Shown piece after piece: positions 41,717 to 52,362 of a DNA stretch of 64,000 nt (positions within the stretch are counted from its first letter, which is position 1; each line of letters begins with the position of its first letter). The notes under the pieces are model-generated. The model had not been told where the DNA came from. It worked only from the letters and a program-made list of their open reading frames with translations, and did not search any database. The stretch is taken from the NCBI GenBank assembly GCA_046291695.1, contig JBKBSO010000009.1, forward strand, positions 1,707 through 65,706. Reading direction: 5' to 3'. A program made the position numbers and the translations under genes. This stretch comes from Bacteroidia bacterium. Its GTDB lineage: Bacteria > Bacteroidota > Bacteroidia > UBA7662.

Positions 41717-43021
41717 ATGAAACAGTTAGCCCTTCTCTTCCTTTGTCTTCTATCCACTTCCGTGCTCGCCCAATTGCGCTCGGGCCCCATGCTGGGCTAT
41801 GTTGAAATGCGCGAAGCCGCCATTTGGATACAAGCCGAAAAATCGGCTGTGATCAACCTCGAATACCGGGCTAAAGGCGCTGCCAAATGGAAAAATGTCG
41901 GATCAACTGTTACCAAAGCCGACCAAGCCCACATTGCCCGCTTCATCATTGGCAATCTCGAACCCGGCCAAGCCTACGAATATCGATTTTACCTGAATGC
42001 CAAATTGTACGGCAAGGAAAATCCCTATCGCTTCAATACCCAGAAATTATGGCAATGGCGCGAAGATCCACCCAATTTCAAAATTGCCATGGGAAGTTGT
42101 GCTTATGTATCGGAGCAGGCTTTCGACCGACCAGGCGAACCCTATGGTGGCGATTATCACATATTTGGCCATATTGCCCAACAACAACCCGACATGATGC
42201 TTTGGCTGGGCGACAATGTGTATTTACGTGAAGCCGACTGGAACAGCTATTCCGGCATGCTGCATCGCTACAACCACAGCCGGCAATTACCCGAACTTCA
42301 GCCCTTGCTGGAGGCCTGTCCGAATTACGCCATATGGGACGACCACGATTTTGGCCCAAACGATGCCAATGGCAGCTGGGTGCACAAGCAGCGGAGCCTG
42401 GAGCTCTTCAAGCTTTTCTGGGCCAACAATAGCTATGGCATGCCCGAGTTTGATGGCATCAGCAGCAGTTTTAGCTTCAATGATGTCGACTTTTTTATGC
42501 TCGATAACCGCTTCCACCGAAGTTCAGAAAAATTGGCCGACAGTTGCGAACGCCAAATGCTGGGCGATGCCCAAATCAACTGGCTGATCAATGCCCTCAA
42601 ATCAAGTCTCGCCAGTTTCAAAATTGTGGCGGTAGGCAGCCAGGTATTAAATACTGAAGCGCTGTACGAAAACTACGCACAATTTCCCTGTGAGCGCGAA
42701 AAACTCCTGAACGCCATTGCTCGGGAAGGCATCAAAAATGTAATTTTCGCTACCGGTGACCGCCACCACAGTGAATTGAGCCGCTTCGAAAAAGAAGGCA
42801 TCGTGATGTACGACATTACGGCATCGCCACTTACGAGCAAAGCGGGACACAGTCGCGATAACGAGCACAACAAAAACCGGGTAGAAGGTAGCTTGATTGT
42901 GCAGCGTAACTTTACCACTTTGGAAATAAGCGGCCCACGCAAGCAGCGCGAACTATTAGTCCGGAATTTCGACAGCCATGGGCAGGAATTGTACAGCACC
43001 CGCATTGCACAACAACACTAA
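41717..43021 (+). CDS. phoD: Alkaline phosphatase D family protein
   Basis: MGSC, WLGDNVY, WDDHDFGPND, LDNR, TGDRH. Confidence 0.85.
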   Translation: MKQLALLFLCLLSTSVLAQLRSGPMLGYVEMREAAIWIQAEKSAVINLEYRAKGAAKWKNVGSTVTKADQAHIARFIIGNLEPGQAYEYRFYLNAKLYGKENPYRFNTQKLWQWREDPPNFKIAMGSCAYVSEQAFDRPGEPYGGDYHIFGHIAQQQPDMMLWLGDNVYLREADWNSYSGMLHRYNHSRQLPELQPLLEACPNYAIWDDHDFGPNDANGSWVHKQRSLELFKLFWANNSYGMPEFDGISSSFSFNDVDFFMLDNRFHRSSEKLADSCERQMLGDAQINWLINALKSSLASFKIVAVGSQVLNTEALYENYAQFPCEREKLLNAIAREGIKNVIFATGDRHHSELSRFEKEGIVMYDITASPLTSKAGHSRDNEHNKNRVEGSLIVQRNFTTLEISGPRKQRELLVRNFDSHGQELYSTRIAQQH

Positions 43022-43059
43022 GGCCTTGAGCATTCACGACCAATACGCATCTTTACAAG

Positions 43060-43758
43060 ATGAAAGCGGCATTTCGTTTTATCGGCAAACTTATCCTCTG
43101 GTGCTTTGGGCTGAGCATTGGAATAACGGTTTTATATCGTTTTGTGCCTGTGCCCTTGAGTCCACTTATGCTCATCCGGCTTACAGAAGCCCCACAGCAG
43201 CAGCAAAAACACCGGCTCAAAAAGCAATGGGTATCATACGATAAAATTTCGCCCGAATTGGTAAAGGCTGTGGTAGCCAGTGAAGACCAAAAGTTCATGC
43301 AGCACAGTGGTTTCGATTTTGAAGCTATCGAAAAAGCTAAAAAGCGAAACAAAAGCGGCAAAAAACGTAAGCTTGGCGGCAGCACCATCAGCATGCAAAC
43401 GGCTAAAAACGTTTTTTTATGGCCCGCAAGAAATTGGTTTCGAAAAGGCCTCGAAGCCTATTTTACCGTGCTCATTGAGCTGCTTTGGCCCAAGCAGCGC
43501 ATCATGGAGGTGTACTTGAATGTTATTGAAATGGGGCCCGGCATTTATGGTGCTGAGGCGGCGTCGCAGCATTGGTTTGGCAAGCCTGCAGCTAAACTCA
43601 GCAGCCGCGAAGCCGCACTCCTGGCTGCCTGTTTACCCGACCCGCGCAGGCGAAATCCGGCACGGCCATCAGCTTACATCAGCGGGCGCGCTACTGCCAT
43701 TCAGGCACAAATGTACCGCTTGCCAAAAAGCAGCTGGCCCCAGCCTACTGCAAAATGA
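43060..43758 (+). CDS. mtgA: Monofunctional peptidoglycan transglycosylase
   Basis: SEDQKF, GGSTISMQTAKN, RKGLEA, YLNVIEMG. Confidence 0.93.
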   Translation: MKAAFRFIGKLILWCFGLSIGITVLYRFVPVPLSPLMLIRLTEAPQQQQKHRLKKQWVSYDKISPELVKAVVASEDQKFMQHSGFDFEAIEKAKKRNKSGKKRKLGGSTISMQTAKNVFLWPARNWFRKGLEAYFTVLIELLWPKQRIMEVYLNVIEMGPGIYGAEAASQHWFGKPAAKLSSREAALLAACLPDPRRRNPARPSAYISGRATAIQAQMYRLPKSSWPQPTAK

Positions 43759-45139
43759 ATTTAGCCAAATAGGTTGTTTGGCCCTGACTGGCGTAAAGCA
43801 AGTAAATGCCCGGGCTGAGCGCATGCAGTTCGAGGCTATCGCCAGGCTGGTAGTTTCCCTGCAGCAATACCCGTCCTTGCATATCGGCTATGCGGTAATC
43901 GGCAGGCAAATCTTGTGGTAAATCGAGGTACAGTAGCCCATTACTCGGATTGGGATACATTTTGAGTTGTTGCAATGCTAAGTCGTTGGTGGCTACCGTC
44001 CGGCCAAACAGCCATTGATAAGCCGGGCCAAATTCGCGACGCCAAAACCATTCGCTATGCTGCCCATCGGCCTTTACCACCAACTTAACTTCGGAGGGTG
44101 AAAAGCCGAAGCTGAGCATTTGGTTGCGGAGTTGCGCTGTTTGCAAGACCATGGTACTGCTTTCGAGCTCGCCAGCCAGCAGGTAAAAGCGCATGGGGTG
44201 CAAGCGACCTGTTTGGCCGACCTGGTTAAAGATTTCACTGCTAAACCAGAGGGAAGGCGAAAAAACGCCAGCCTTCGAAAACACCTGTTGGTACTTCATA
44301 GCGGCATACTGGCTGATAAATCCACCCATACTGCTGCCCATGATGGCGGTAGCATCGCGACTGCTATCGGTTCTAAAATGTTGGTCGATATAAGGTTTTA
44401 AGCTATGCACGATAAAATCGACATAATCATCACCCTGTCCGCCTCCATAGCTGGGATTAACCCAGGGGCTGTATTCATTAATTCGCTGTGCACCAGCATT
44501 GTCGATGCCGACTACAATAATACCCGGATCGCCCAGATTATGTAAAAAATCGAGGGTTTCGTCTACCTCCCATTCGCCGGCGAACGAACGTTGAGCATCG
44601 AATAGGTTTTGGCCATCGTGCATATATATGACCGGGAAGCGCAAACTGGTGTCTTGCTGATAATTAGGTGGTAAATAGAGGGTTATGCGGCGGTGACGAT
44701 TGAGTTGCGGTATAAAAAAACTATCGGTGAGCAGTTGCACTTGGGCAGTAGCTGTGCTGCCCCCTCCTCCACCATGCAAATCTTCCCAACTCAGGATATG
44801 GATAAAAACCGTATCGAAAGCAGGTCCAAAAGTGTAGGTGCGATTTGGTCGTTGGCCACCATTGGCATTCCCTTCTACTGAAGCCCAGCTGCCGCGGGTG
44901 AACTTAAAAGCAATTTGACCGGTACCGGCCGGTAAGCTGATGTATTTGTCGCCATTCCACAAGTCGCTAAGGGTATACTGCTGGTTTCCGGGATTCCATC
45001 CATTAAATGTACCTGCGATAAAAATGGGATCATTAGGTGGGGTATTGGCCGGTAAATTTCTGACGACAAAGGTTACTTGTGCATGGGCTAAACTGCTCAG
45101 GAACGCAAGCAAAAACAGCAACTTAAACTTCTGACTCAT
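43745..45139 (-). CDS. T9SS-secreted alpha/beta-hydrolase esterase with N-terminal CBM20-like domain
   Basis: IFIAGTFNGWNP...FKFTRGSW domain; HDGQNLFD, GSSMGG, HSEWFW; YPNP CTD. Confidence 0.8.
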   Translation of the reverse strand: MSQKFKLLFLLAFLSSLAHAQVTFVVRNLPANTPPNDPIFIAGTFNGWNPGNQQYTLSDLWNGDKYISLPAGTGQIAFKFTRGSWASVEGNANGGQRPNRTYTFGPAFDTVFIHILSWEDLHGGGGGSTATAQVQLLTDSFFIPQLNRHRRITLYLPPNYQQDTSLRFPVIYMHDGQNLFDAQRSFAGEWEVDETLDFLHNLGDPGIIVVGIDNAGAQRINEYSPWVNPSYGGGQGDDYVDFIVHSLKPYIDQHFRTDSSRDATAIMGSSMGGFISQYAAMKYQQVFSKAGVFSPSLWFSSEIFNQVGQTGRLHPMRFYLLAGELESSTMVLQTAQLRNQMLSFGFSPSEVKLVVKADGQHSEWFWRREFGPAYQWLFGRTVATNDLALQQLKMYPNPSNGLLYLDLPQDLPADYRIADMQGRVLLQGNYQPGDSLELHALSPGIYLLYASQGQTTYLAKFILQ

Positions 45140-45191
45140 ATTGGCAGCAATTTTGCGTATTGGGGCGTGCAAAGAATTATCTTTGCCGAGA

Positions 45192-46274
45192 ATGAAGATA
45201 CTTGATTGGTACATCATAAAAAAATTCATCGGGAGCTACCTCTTTGCCCTGGGTATTTTCATTGCCATTGCGGTAGTATTCGATCTCACCGAAAAGATCG
45301 ATAATTTACTCAAAGAGGGTGCAAGCATGGAGGCCATACTCCTCAAGTATTACCTCAACTTTATCCCCTATTATGCCAATTTATTCAGCCCATTTTTCAC
45401 CTTCATTTCGGTTATATTTTTCACCTCTAAATTAGCCAGTAAGAGTGAGGTGGTAGCGATACTGAGCAGTGGTGTGAATTTCAGACGCTTTATGCTGCCC
45501 TATTTGATGGCTGCAGCCCTGATTGCTGTGGCTAATTGGTATTTGGCTAGCTGGTTATTACCCCCTGCCAACAAAGTTCGTATCGATTTTGAAAACCAGT
45601 ACATTCGAGGCACTTACCACTACAATAAGCGTAACATCCACTTTCAGCTTGAACCGGGCAAACTGGCTTACCTCGAAACCTATTCGTCGCCCGACAGCGC
45701 CGGCTTTCGGTTTACACTCGAAAACATCGAAGGAGGCGAGTTACGCTCCAAATTAATGTGCGAGCGTATACGTTGGAAATCCGATTTACAAAAGTGGCAT
45801 CTCGAAAGTTGCGTGTTGCGCGAACTGCCCAGCGAGCATGAGGAAAATATCCGTTTTTTTCCGGGCATCGATACCAGTTTAGGCTTTACCCCTAAGGATT
45901 TTAGCCGCCCCCTTGTGGAAGATGCTGCCCTGCTCAACAATCGTGAACTAGACGAATTTATTAAACGAGAACTTCTGAAAGGGAATGCCAGCGTTGCCCC
46001 TTATGTGCTCGAAAAACATAACCGAATCTCCATCGCTTTCGCCACCTTTATCCTCACCATCATGGGGGTAAGCTTGTCGTCGCGCAAAGTTCGAGGGGGC
46101 ATTGGCTTGCAGATAGCCCTAGGTCTGGGCCTCTGCTTTTTGTATATCATGATGATTAGATTTACGCTTACCTTTGCTACCAAAGGCAATATGCCGCCCT
46201 TGCTGGCTTCGTGGACGCCGAATATTATTTTTGGTTTTTTAGCTTATTACCTCTACCGTGTTGCTCCAAAATAA
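45192..46274 (+). CDS. LptF/LptG family LPS export permease
   Basis: MKILDWYIIKKF, SEVVAILSSG, WTPNIIF. Confidence 0.88.
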   Translation: MKILDWYIIKKFIGSYLFALGIFIAIAVVFDLTEKIDNLLKEGASMEAILLKYYLNFIPYYANLFSPFFTFISVIFFTSKLASKSEVVAILSSGVNFRRFMLPYLMAAALIAVANWYLASWLLPPANKVRIDFENQYIRGTYHYNKRNIHFQLEPGKLAYLETYSSPDSAGFRFTLENIEGGELRSKLMCERIRWKSDLQKWHLESCVLRELPSEHEENIRFFPGIDTSLGFTPKDFSRPLVEDAALLNNRELDEFIKRELLKGNASVAPYVLEKHNRISIAFATFILTIMGVSLSSRKVRGGIGLQIALGLGLCFLYIMMIRFTLTFATKGNMPPLLASWTPNIIFGFLAYYLYRVAPK

Positions 46275-47175
46275 ACAAGCCGCGCTCGTTGAGTTACATT
46301 TTGTGGTCTTTATCTGGGGGTTCACGGCCATATTAGGTAAACTCATTTCGCTTGAAGCCCTGCAATTGGTATGGTATCGCATGATATTGGCCCTCCTGGG
46401 AGTTTATGCGTTCGCCAAATACAGCAAAGTTGGGCTAAAACTTCCACTACGCGAACAATTGGCCCTGGCTGGCACCGGGCTCATCATTGCTGCACATTGG
46501 CTTACCTTTTACCATGCCATCAAAATCTCGAATGTATCGGTAACCCTGGCCTGCTTTTCATCAGGTGCTTTCTTCGCTTCTATCTTCGAACCCCTGCTCT
46601 ACAAACGTAAAATTATTTGGTACGAAATGCTGCTAGGAGTGGTAGCCATCCTGGGGCTGTACCTCATTTTTAGCTTCGAATCAAACTACTTGGCGGGCAT
46701 GCTCACCGCCATTTTTTCAGCATCTCTGTCGGCTCTTTTCGCGGTAATTAACGGTAGATATGCCCAGCGCTACAATGCCGCTGTGGTATCGGTGTACGAA
46801 ATGGCCGGCGGAATACTGGGATTAAGCCTGCTCATGCTCGCAGGCACTTCTTACGCAAGCGGCAGCTACCAACTGAATGACTCCGATTTAGGCTATTTGC
46901 TGATTTTGGCGGTGGCCTGCACCGCCTACCCCTTTATTGCCAGCATCAGGCTGATGCGGCAAATTACACCCTATACCTTTGTTTTATCGGTAAATATGGA
47001 ACCGATTTATGGTATCGTATTGGCCTACTTTATTTTTGGAGATAGCGAAAAAATGACAGGACAGTTTTACCTGGGCACCACCGTTATTCTGGGCACCTTA
47101 TTCGCCAATGCCATCTTAAAGCATTATTACCGCAAAAAAGCCGAAAAAATTGGAACCTTCGCTGCGCAAACTTGA
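46258..47175 (+). CDS. DMT/EamA family transporter
   Basis: About 10 TM segments; IWGFTAILGK, NMEPIYG. Confidence 0.85.
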   Translation: MLLQNKQAALVELHFVVFIWGFTAILGKLISLEALQLVWYRMILALLGVYAFAKYSKVGLKLPLREQLALAGTGLIIAAHWLTFYHAIKISNVSVTLACFSSGAFFASIFEPLLYKRKIIWYEMLLGVVAILGLYLIFSFESNYLAGMLTAIFSASLSALFAVINGRYAQRYNAAVVSVYEMAGGILGLSLLMLAGTSYASGSYQLNDSDLGYLLILAVACTAYPFIASIRLMRQITPYTFVLSVNMEPIYGIVLAYFIFGDSEKMTGQFYLGTTVILGTLFANAILKHYYRKKAEKIGTFAAQT

Positions 47176-47800
47176 AGTTAAACGAACGGCCAATGTGTAC
47201 CTTTTAGGGGAAGCAAATGGCAACATTACCCGGCTTTGGCTGGTTTTGCATGGCTACGCGCAGCACCCGGCTTATTGGATAAAAAAATTTGGCCCGCTTG
47301 CCCAAACCAATCAACTGGTAGTAGCTCCCGAAGGCTTATCGAAGTTTTATATGCAAGGCAATAACGGTAAGGTGGGTGCCAGTTGGATGACCAAAGACGA
47401 ACGTGCCGATGAAATTAAAGATTATTTGAACTATCTAAACCAACTCATCACCCAGCTCAAAGAGGAATTCCCGCAAGCTAAAATCGTGCTACTAGGCTTT
47501 TCACAAGGAGGCGCTACAGCTGCACGTTTGTTAAGCGAAAATCCAGTGGTCCATGCCCTGATCATTTGGTCAGCTGTTTTTCCGGAGGATTTGTTAAAAC
47601 CAATACCCATGCACCAAATCCCTACTTGGCTGGTATATGGCATGAAAGACCCTTACCTCCAAGCTCAACAACGCGAAGAACTGCTGGCGCACTACCGCCA
47701 ACACCTGCCTGCGCTTAAGCTGCTGGCATTTGAGGGCGGACATGATATTGACCCTACTACCTTGTTGCAATTACAAACACAAATCCTTGAATACTGTTGA
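47150..47800 (+). CDS. Phospholipase/carboxylesterase-type alpha/beta hydrolase
   Basis: LHGYAQ, GFSQG, D and GGH catalytic residues. Confidence 0.85.
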   Translation: MEPSLRKLEVKRTANVYLLGEANGNITRLWLVLHGYAQHPAYWIKKFGPLAQTNQLVVAPEGLSKFYMQGNNGKVGASWMTKDERADEIKDYLNYLNQLITQLKEEFPQAKIVLLGFSQGGATAARLLSENPVVHALIIWSAVFPEDLLKPIPMHQIPTWLVYGMKDPYLQAQQREELLAHYRQHLPALKLLAFEGGHDIDPTTLLQLQTQILEYC

Positions 47801-47821
47801 ATTGCAGCTTATATTCGTGGT

Positions 47822-48289
47822 ATGAAGCAGTCTTTTGGCCTGATTGTACTTTTTTGGCTTTCGATAAATTGCCTCTACGGCCAATCGCAAGAGCAGCAAA
47901 CCTCCGATAATCAGATCGCATTCAGCATAGATGCCAACTTTAGCCCCGAAGCACTGGATGAGTTGATTCTACGACTCAAAAACGCAGGGATTCAACTGGA
48001 ACTAAGCCAAACCGGTTATTGTAATGGCTATTTACGGATCCTTAGAGGTGAAATTAAAGGCACCGACGGCCGCAGTATGGGCTTTGAAACCAATGCCTTA
48101 CGACGCCTTACTGTGATTTTGGAAATGCAAAAAAAAGAACTGGGGGTACAAAGTATACGGCTTAAAAACCGTTGGCGTAAATGTCACCAAACCGACGATA
48201 CCCCGGAAACTGATGAAGCGCCCGAACGCCAACCTGTTATACACATTCATCTGAAGCAAGGAGGCAATTGCCAAAAACCCGACGCTTAA
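47822..48289 (+). CDS. Secreted hypothetical protein
   Basis: Signal peptide; TATATTCG promoter-like motif 4 nt upstream of the ATG. Confidence 0.6.
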   Translation: MKQSFGLIVLFWLSINCLYGQSQEQQTSDNQIAFSIDANFSPEALDELILRLKNAGIQLELSQTGYCNGYLRILRGEIKGTDGRSMGFETNALRRLTVILEMQKKELGVQSIRLKNRWRKCHQTDDTPETDEAPERQPVIHIHLKQGGNCQKPDA

Positions 48290-49200
48290 TATAACTTTCC
48301 GCGCTTGAGCAGATAGGGCATGAGCACTTGCTCAAATCCCTTACTGATGTCGGCCTCTATGTATTCAATTTTATACTGACCACAGCGTAAAAGCAATTCC
48401 TGCTTAAACGCCCCCGCCTTTTCACGATACACTTTTTGCACCGCTGTAGGATTCAACCGCAACTCCTCCCCGCTCTCCATATCTACAAATACATGCGGCC
48501 GATTGGCATAATTAAGTTCCAACTCATGGGCCTTGTCGAGCACATGAAAGAGCAATACCTCGTGCTTGTTGTAGCGCAGGTGCTGTAAGGCGGCAAAAAG
48601 GGCTTCGGTATGGGTACCTGGCTCAAACATATCGCTAAAAATCACGATAAGCGATCGCGGATGTGCCGTTTCGGCAATTTCATGCAAAGCAGCCACAGCA
48701 CGCGTCGACGAGCTGGAAGCCCGCTCCGATTGCAACAAACGCTCAAGCTCACCCAACAAAACCTTATGATGTGTGGGGTTCGAACGTGCCTTTAAACTTA
48801 TGCGCATCTGACTGTCGAACACCGACAAGCCCACAGCATCGCGCTGCCGCTTAAATAAATTCAAAAGCACCGCAGCAGCATACACCGAAAAATGCAATTT
48901 ATTCGGTCGGCCCTCAGGAAAAAACATAGAGCCCGAGGCGTCAATCACCAGCTGGCAGCGCAAATTGGTTTCTTCCTCAAATCGTTTTACGAAAAGCTTT
49001 TCGGTGCGGGCGTACAACTTCCAGTCGATGTTGCGCGTGCTTTCACCCGTATTGTACAATCGATGCTCGCTGAACTCCACCGAAAAGCCGTGGTACGGAC
49101 TTTTGTGCAATCCCGTTATAAATCCTTCGACCACCTGTCGGGCCAAAAACTCCAGGTTATCAAAAGCAGCTAATTGTTCGAGCGAGAGTTGTTGCGACAT
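48286..49200 (-). CDS. DUF58 family (vWA, MoxR-associated) protein
   Basis: GLHKSPYHGFSVEFSEHR, IDWKLYART, IDASGSM, IFSD. Confidence 0.9.
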   Translation of the reverse strand: MSQQLSLEQLAAFDNLEFLARQVVEGFITGLHKSPYHGFSVEFSEHRLYNTGESTRNIDWKLYARTEKLFVKRFEEETNLRCQLVIDASGSMFFPEGRPNKLHFSVYAAAVLLNLFKRQRDAVGLSVFDSQMRISLKARSNPTHHKVLLGELERLLQSERASSSSTRAVAALHEIAETAHPRSLIVIFSDMFEPGTHTEALFAALQHLRYNKHEVLLFHVLDKAHELELNYANRPHVFVDMESGEELRLNPTAVQKVYREKAGAFKQELLLRCGQYKIEYIEADISKGFEQVLMPYLLKRGKLY

Positions 49201-49282
49201 GTAGATGATTTAATCCTTTACTTAATTTTTGGCACGTACCAGCCCCGTCAAAGGACAAACAAATATATCAGTTTCCTGTGCT

Positions 49283-49633
49283 TTATTTCGCAATTTCCGC
49301 CACCCGATGCCGAATCATCCGATCAATTAATTCAATAGGCAATTCTTTTTGATGGGGAAATTGCACCGAACCCTTGCCTTGTTTATAGGCTTTCAACTCA
49401 TCTGCAAAACTGGCATGGGTGTTGGGTAAGGCATACAGTCCCAGGTGGTGGTGGTAGGCATCGAAATACAGCAGCACTTTGCCATGCAGGCGGTAGGCAG
49501 GCATGCGGTAGGCCAGGCGTTCTTCAACTTCGGGTGCGATGCTAGCCACCAAAGCGCGAATTTGTTGCATGCGCGCTTGGATGTCGGCGCTGAAAGCAGC
49601 AATGTGTGCGTCTACTTCCGGGTGCTGCTTCAT
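49283..49633 (-). CDS. DUF1801/YdhG-like protein
   Basis: EERLAYRMPAY, HLGLY, GKGSVQFP. Confidence 0.85.
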   Translation of the reverse strand: MKQHPEVDAHIAAFSADIQARMQQIRALVASIAPEVEERLAYRMPAYRLHGKVLLYFDAYHHHLGLYALPNTHASFADELKAYKQGKGSVQFPHQKELPIELIDRMIRHRVAEIAK

Positions 49634-50493
49634 GAAGCTTTTTCACACATTTGATGCAGTTTTTGAAGGGCAGGCGGCCAAAATTCTTGCATCCAGCTTT
49701 CGAATTGCGGTGCCACTTCGGCCATCACTCGCAAACGTGTGCCACCCTCCATGGGCTCGAAATAGTAATTCTCTTCGGCTCCGGCCCATTGGGCTACCGA
49801 TTGATCGAAGCGCACTTCCTGGCCTTTTTGGATATCGCCTTCGTGCACAATACACACCTGCTTACCGGCTTCAAACAAGCGGATTTTACTCAGCATCCCG
49901 CCTACGGTGCCATCGCCATCCACCCCTAAAAACCGCATGCTGGCCCCGGTTTCCCAAACGCCTTCGAAATGCGAATTGGCGTTAAAGGGCTTGGTCCATT
50001 CCCGATAGCCTTTATCCGAAAACATCATATTGCAGAGCTCTTCAGGAGCAATGGGATAGTCGTGCTCGAAATGCATCTCCACCAAAGGCTCGAGACTTGC
50101 GGTATAAAGCGCAAATTGATCGAGAATGGCCTGCCAGCCTTGGCGCTGCTGCTCGGCATCGTGATCGGTGGCGGCTTCAAAATTGTGCCACACCCTGATC
50201 CCGCTATCGGTGGGTTCAATCCTGAATTCCACCTTACGGCTGTCGTTTAAATGGTAAGCAATGCGCTGGCGGTGTTCAATTTGTTCGAACTGGCCCTCGA
50301 AATCAAATGACCCACTGCCATCGCGGGCAGCCATGTGGTATTTGAAATGGCCACCTGCTTGCAAATTATTTTCGGCTGTTGGACAATGCCAGCTTTCGTG
50401 GGCAAAATTCCAATTGATGATGTGTGCCGGCTGGGTAAAACTACGCCAGGCCTGTGCTGCAGGCAGCTGCAAATCGACAAATAGCTGTATCAT
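49630..50493 (-). CDS. Tandem SRPBCC/AHSA1-domain protein
   Basis: WNFAHESWHCP..MAARDGS first domain; YREWT..F..GMLS..WAGAEENY..WPPAL second domain. Confidence 0.8.
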   Translation of the reverse strand: MIQLFVDLQLPAAQAWRSFTQPAHIINWNFAHESWHCPTAENNLQAGGHFKYHMAARDGSGSFDFEGQFEQIEHRQRIAYHLNDSRKVEFRIEPTDSGIRVWHNFEAATDHDAEQQRQGWQAILDQFALYTASLEPLVEMHFEHDYPIAPEELCNMMFSDKGYREWTKPFNANSHFEGVWETGASMRFLGVDGDGTVGGMLSKIRLFEAGKQVCIVHEGDIQKGQEVRFDQSVAQWAGAEENYYFEPMEGGTRLRVMAEVAPQFESWMQEFWPPALQKLHQMCEKAS

Positions 50494-50494
50494 T

Positions 50495-50890
50495 TCAAAA
50501 AAGTTTTTCGAGTTGGCCCTTGCGTTTAATCAGGTTTTTATAATCCCACTGTATGCGGGCCGCTTCCTCGAGCCAGGCTGGCAATGGAATTTGCTGCGGC
50601 TCGTCGGGATGGCGAAAGCGATATTCGGCAGCTTTGAATGTTCCTTCGGGCGATAAACCGGGGGTGGTAAACGACTGTCCGCTCCAAAACAACAAACGTA
50701 TGCCCAACTTCAGCAAGCTGTAGCCCACAATCGGATTATCGTTGATGAACCAAACCGGATGCGCATGCCAAATTTTAGCCTCGGCCTGGGGCAGATGGCG
50801 TTCAATCATTTCGGCAAGCTGTTCGCAAATGAGCCGATGATCGGGAGCAAAGTTAGCGGCGTAAGCAGTGATGGATGGGTGTAAAGGCAT
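50495..50890 (-). CDS. DUF1801 family protein
   Basis: KIWHAHPVWF..NPIVGY..LLFWSGQSF, IQWDYKN. Confidence 0.85.
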   Translation of the reverse strand: MPLHPSITAYAANFAPDHRLICEQLAEMIERHLPQAEAKIWHAHPVWFINDNPIVGYSLLKLGIRLLFWSGQSFTTPGLSPEGTFKAAEYRFRHPDEPQQIPLPAWLEEAARIQWDYKNLIKRKGQLEKLF

Positions 50891-51010
50891 AAGCACTGCA
50901 ATGTATTAAATTTTCCCCTATACATCACACCCCAAGCCGAAAGCCTACGACAACAGCAAGAGAAAAGCAAAAAAAATCCCGACCATTATAAACGCGGCCG
51001 AGACTTTTGC

Positions 51011-51922
51011 TTAGCGGCTAATCAACAACCGCTCAGTTCGTATCTGCGATTCACTTCGAAACTGCAGCAGGTACATGCCGGCTTGGAACCCTTGCAAACC
51101 CAGACTTTGGCTGCCGGGCTGCAGCTGTCCTGCAAGCAGCAAACGTCCTTGCACATCGTGCAGTTCGTAGGTCACTTCCTGTTGATTGTTGTTTTCGAGC
51201 CGCAACTCGCTTTGTGCCGGGTTGGGGAAAAAGCGCACTTGCTGCAATAACCGATTTTCGGCTACGCTGCTGGCGGTCAAAAAATCGCAAGCCACCTGCA
51301 TCAAATTCACCGACAAGGCAGCATCTTCATAACACCGAAGTCCGCCATCCCATTCGGGAATAATGGTCAACGGCTGTGGTGTGAGCAAAAATGTACTGCC
51401 TATTTTTTCGAGGTAAGGCCCATGGAAGCCGTATGGGGTAAAATTAAAATTGTTATCGACCAAGGAGGTGGTGTAAAAACTGCGTACTGTATCTCCTGCT
51501 ATGACCAATGGTACAATGGAGTCGGCCACCGCTTGCCAATGCGTTTGCGCCGGATCGAAAGCCGGGAATTCAGCAGGCACATCAAAAGTAAGGGTATCGC
51601 CTACCTGGACATTCAACATATACAAGGGCGAAAAGCGCTGCAAAGTGGTATGGTAGTAAAAAACCGTATCATTGGCTTCGTACACGTACACATCGGCCAG
51701 GTTTTGCATCCCACTCACCGCATGCCTGCTTTGCTTGATTAGGCGGCAACTTTGACCATTTATCAAGGTATCTTTGGTAACCTCATACAATCGATAGGCA
51801 CCAAAACGAGGCGTGGCACCTCCCAAAGAAGAATCGTAATACCATTTGGCACCCACAGGCGCAAAATTTTGGGCCAGGGTTGCTGTGCTACACAGCATCA
51901 GACAAAAGAAGAGGTGTTTCAT
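51011..51922 (-). CDS. T9SS-secreted protein
   Basis: Signal peptide; FAPVGAKWYY, LRCYED; FFPNPA...GMYLLQ CTD. Confidence 0.8.
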   Translation of the reverse strand: MKHLFFCLMLCSTATLAQNFAPVGAKWYYDSSLGGATPRFGAYRLYEVTKDTLINGQSCRLIKQSRHAVSGMQNLADVYVYEANDTVFYYHTTLQRFSPLYMLNVQVGDTLTFDVPAEFPAFDPAQTHWQAVADSIVPLVIAGDTVRSFYTTSLVDNNFNFTPYGFHGPYLEKIGSTFLLTPQPLTIIPEWDGGLRCYEDAALSVNLMQVACDFLTASSVAENRLLQQVRFFPNPAQSELRLENNNQQEVTYELHDVQGRLLLAGQLQPGSQSLGLQGFQAGMYLLQFRSESQIRTERLLISR

Positions 51923-52362
51923 GGTTGCAGGTTTTAGGGTTGATAACATAAATCTACATCTAACATTTTACATTAGCAAAGATGTTTGTCATGATTTTGT
52001 CAGTTTAAAATTTAATGTAGTTGACTTAAGCATTGAATAGCTGAAGTAACCGACTAGTAACCAGCGGAGTTTCTTTTTTATCGCATCCTTGGAGCCCAAC
52101 CGCAACGTCGAGGGAGGCTTCGCTGCAGGTGCCGTTAGGAGGCCTAACTGTCCTGAACATGAAGCATTGGTGCAGAAAATGGCTTTTGTACAGGTGTCAG
52201 CTAGCGCTGCGCACTGAAATTCTCGGTGACGCAGTTATGGGCAATTGAGTAGTTAGTACATCAAGTACAAATGCATATTTCCTTAACTAAACAACATTGG
52301 TTTAAGTTTGGTAATGCTCAATCCCCCCTTCGTGGCTAGTGACAAATGGTTCGATTGTGTGT

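Noticed and set aside
52142-52242. attC-like site (GCCTAAC ... GTTATGG) in the intergenic region
   Set aside because: The outer TAACTG/CAGTTA ends pair, but the inner L boxes are not convincing and there is no integrase. A covariance-model scan would be needed.
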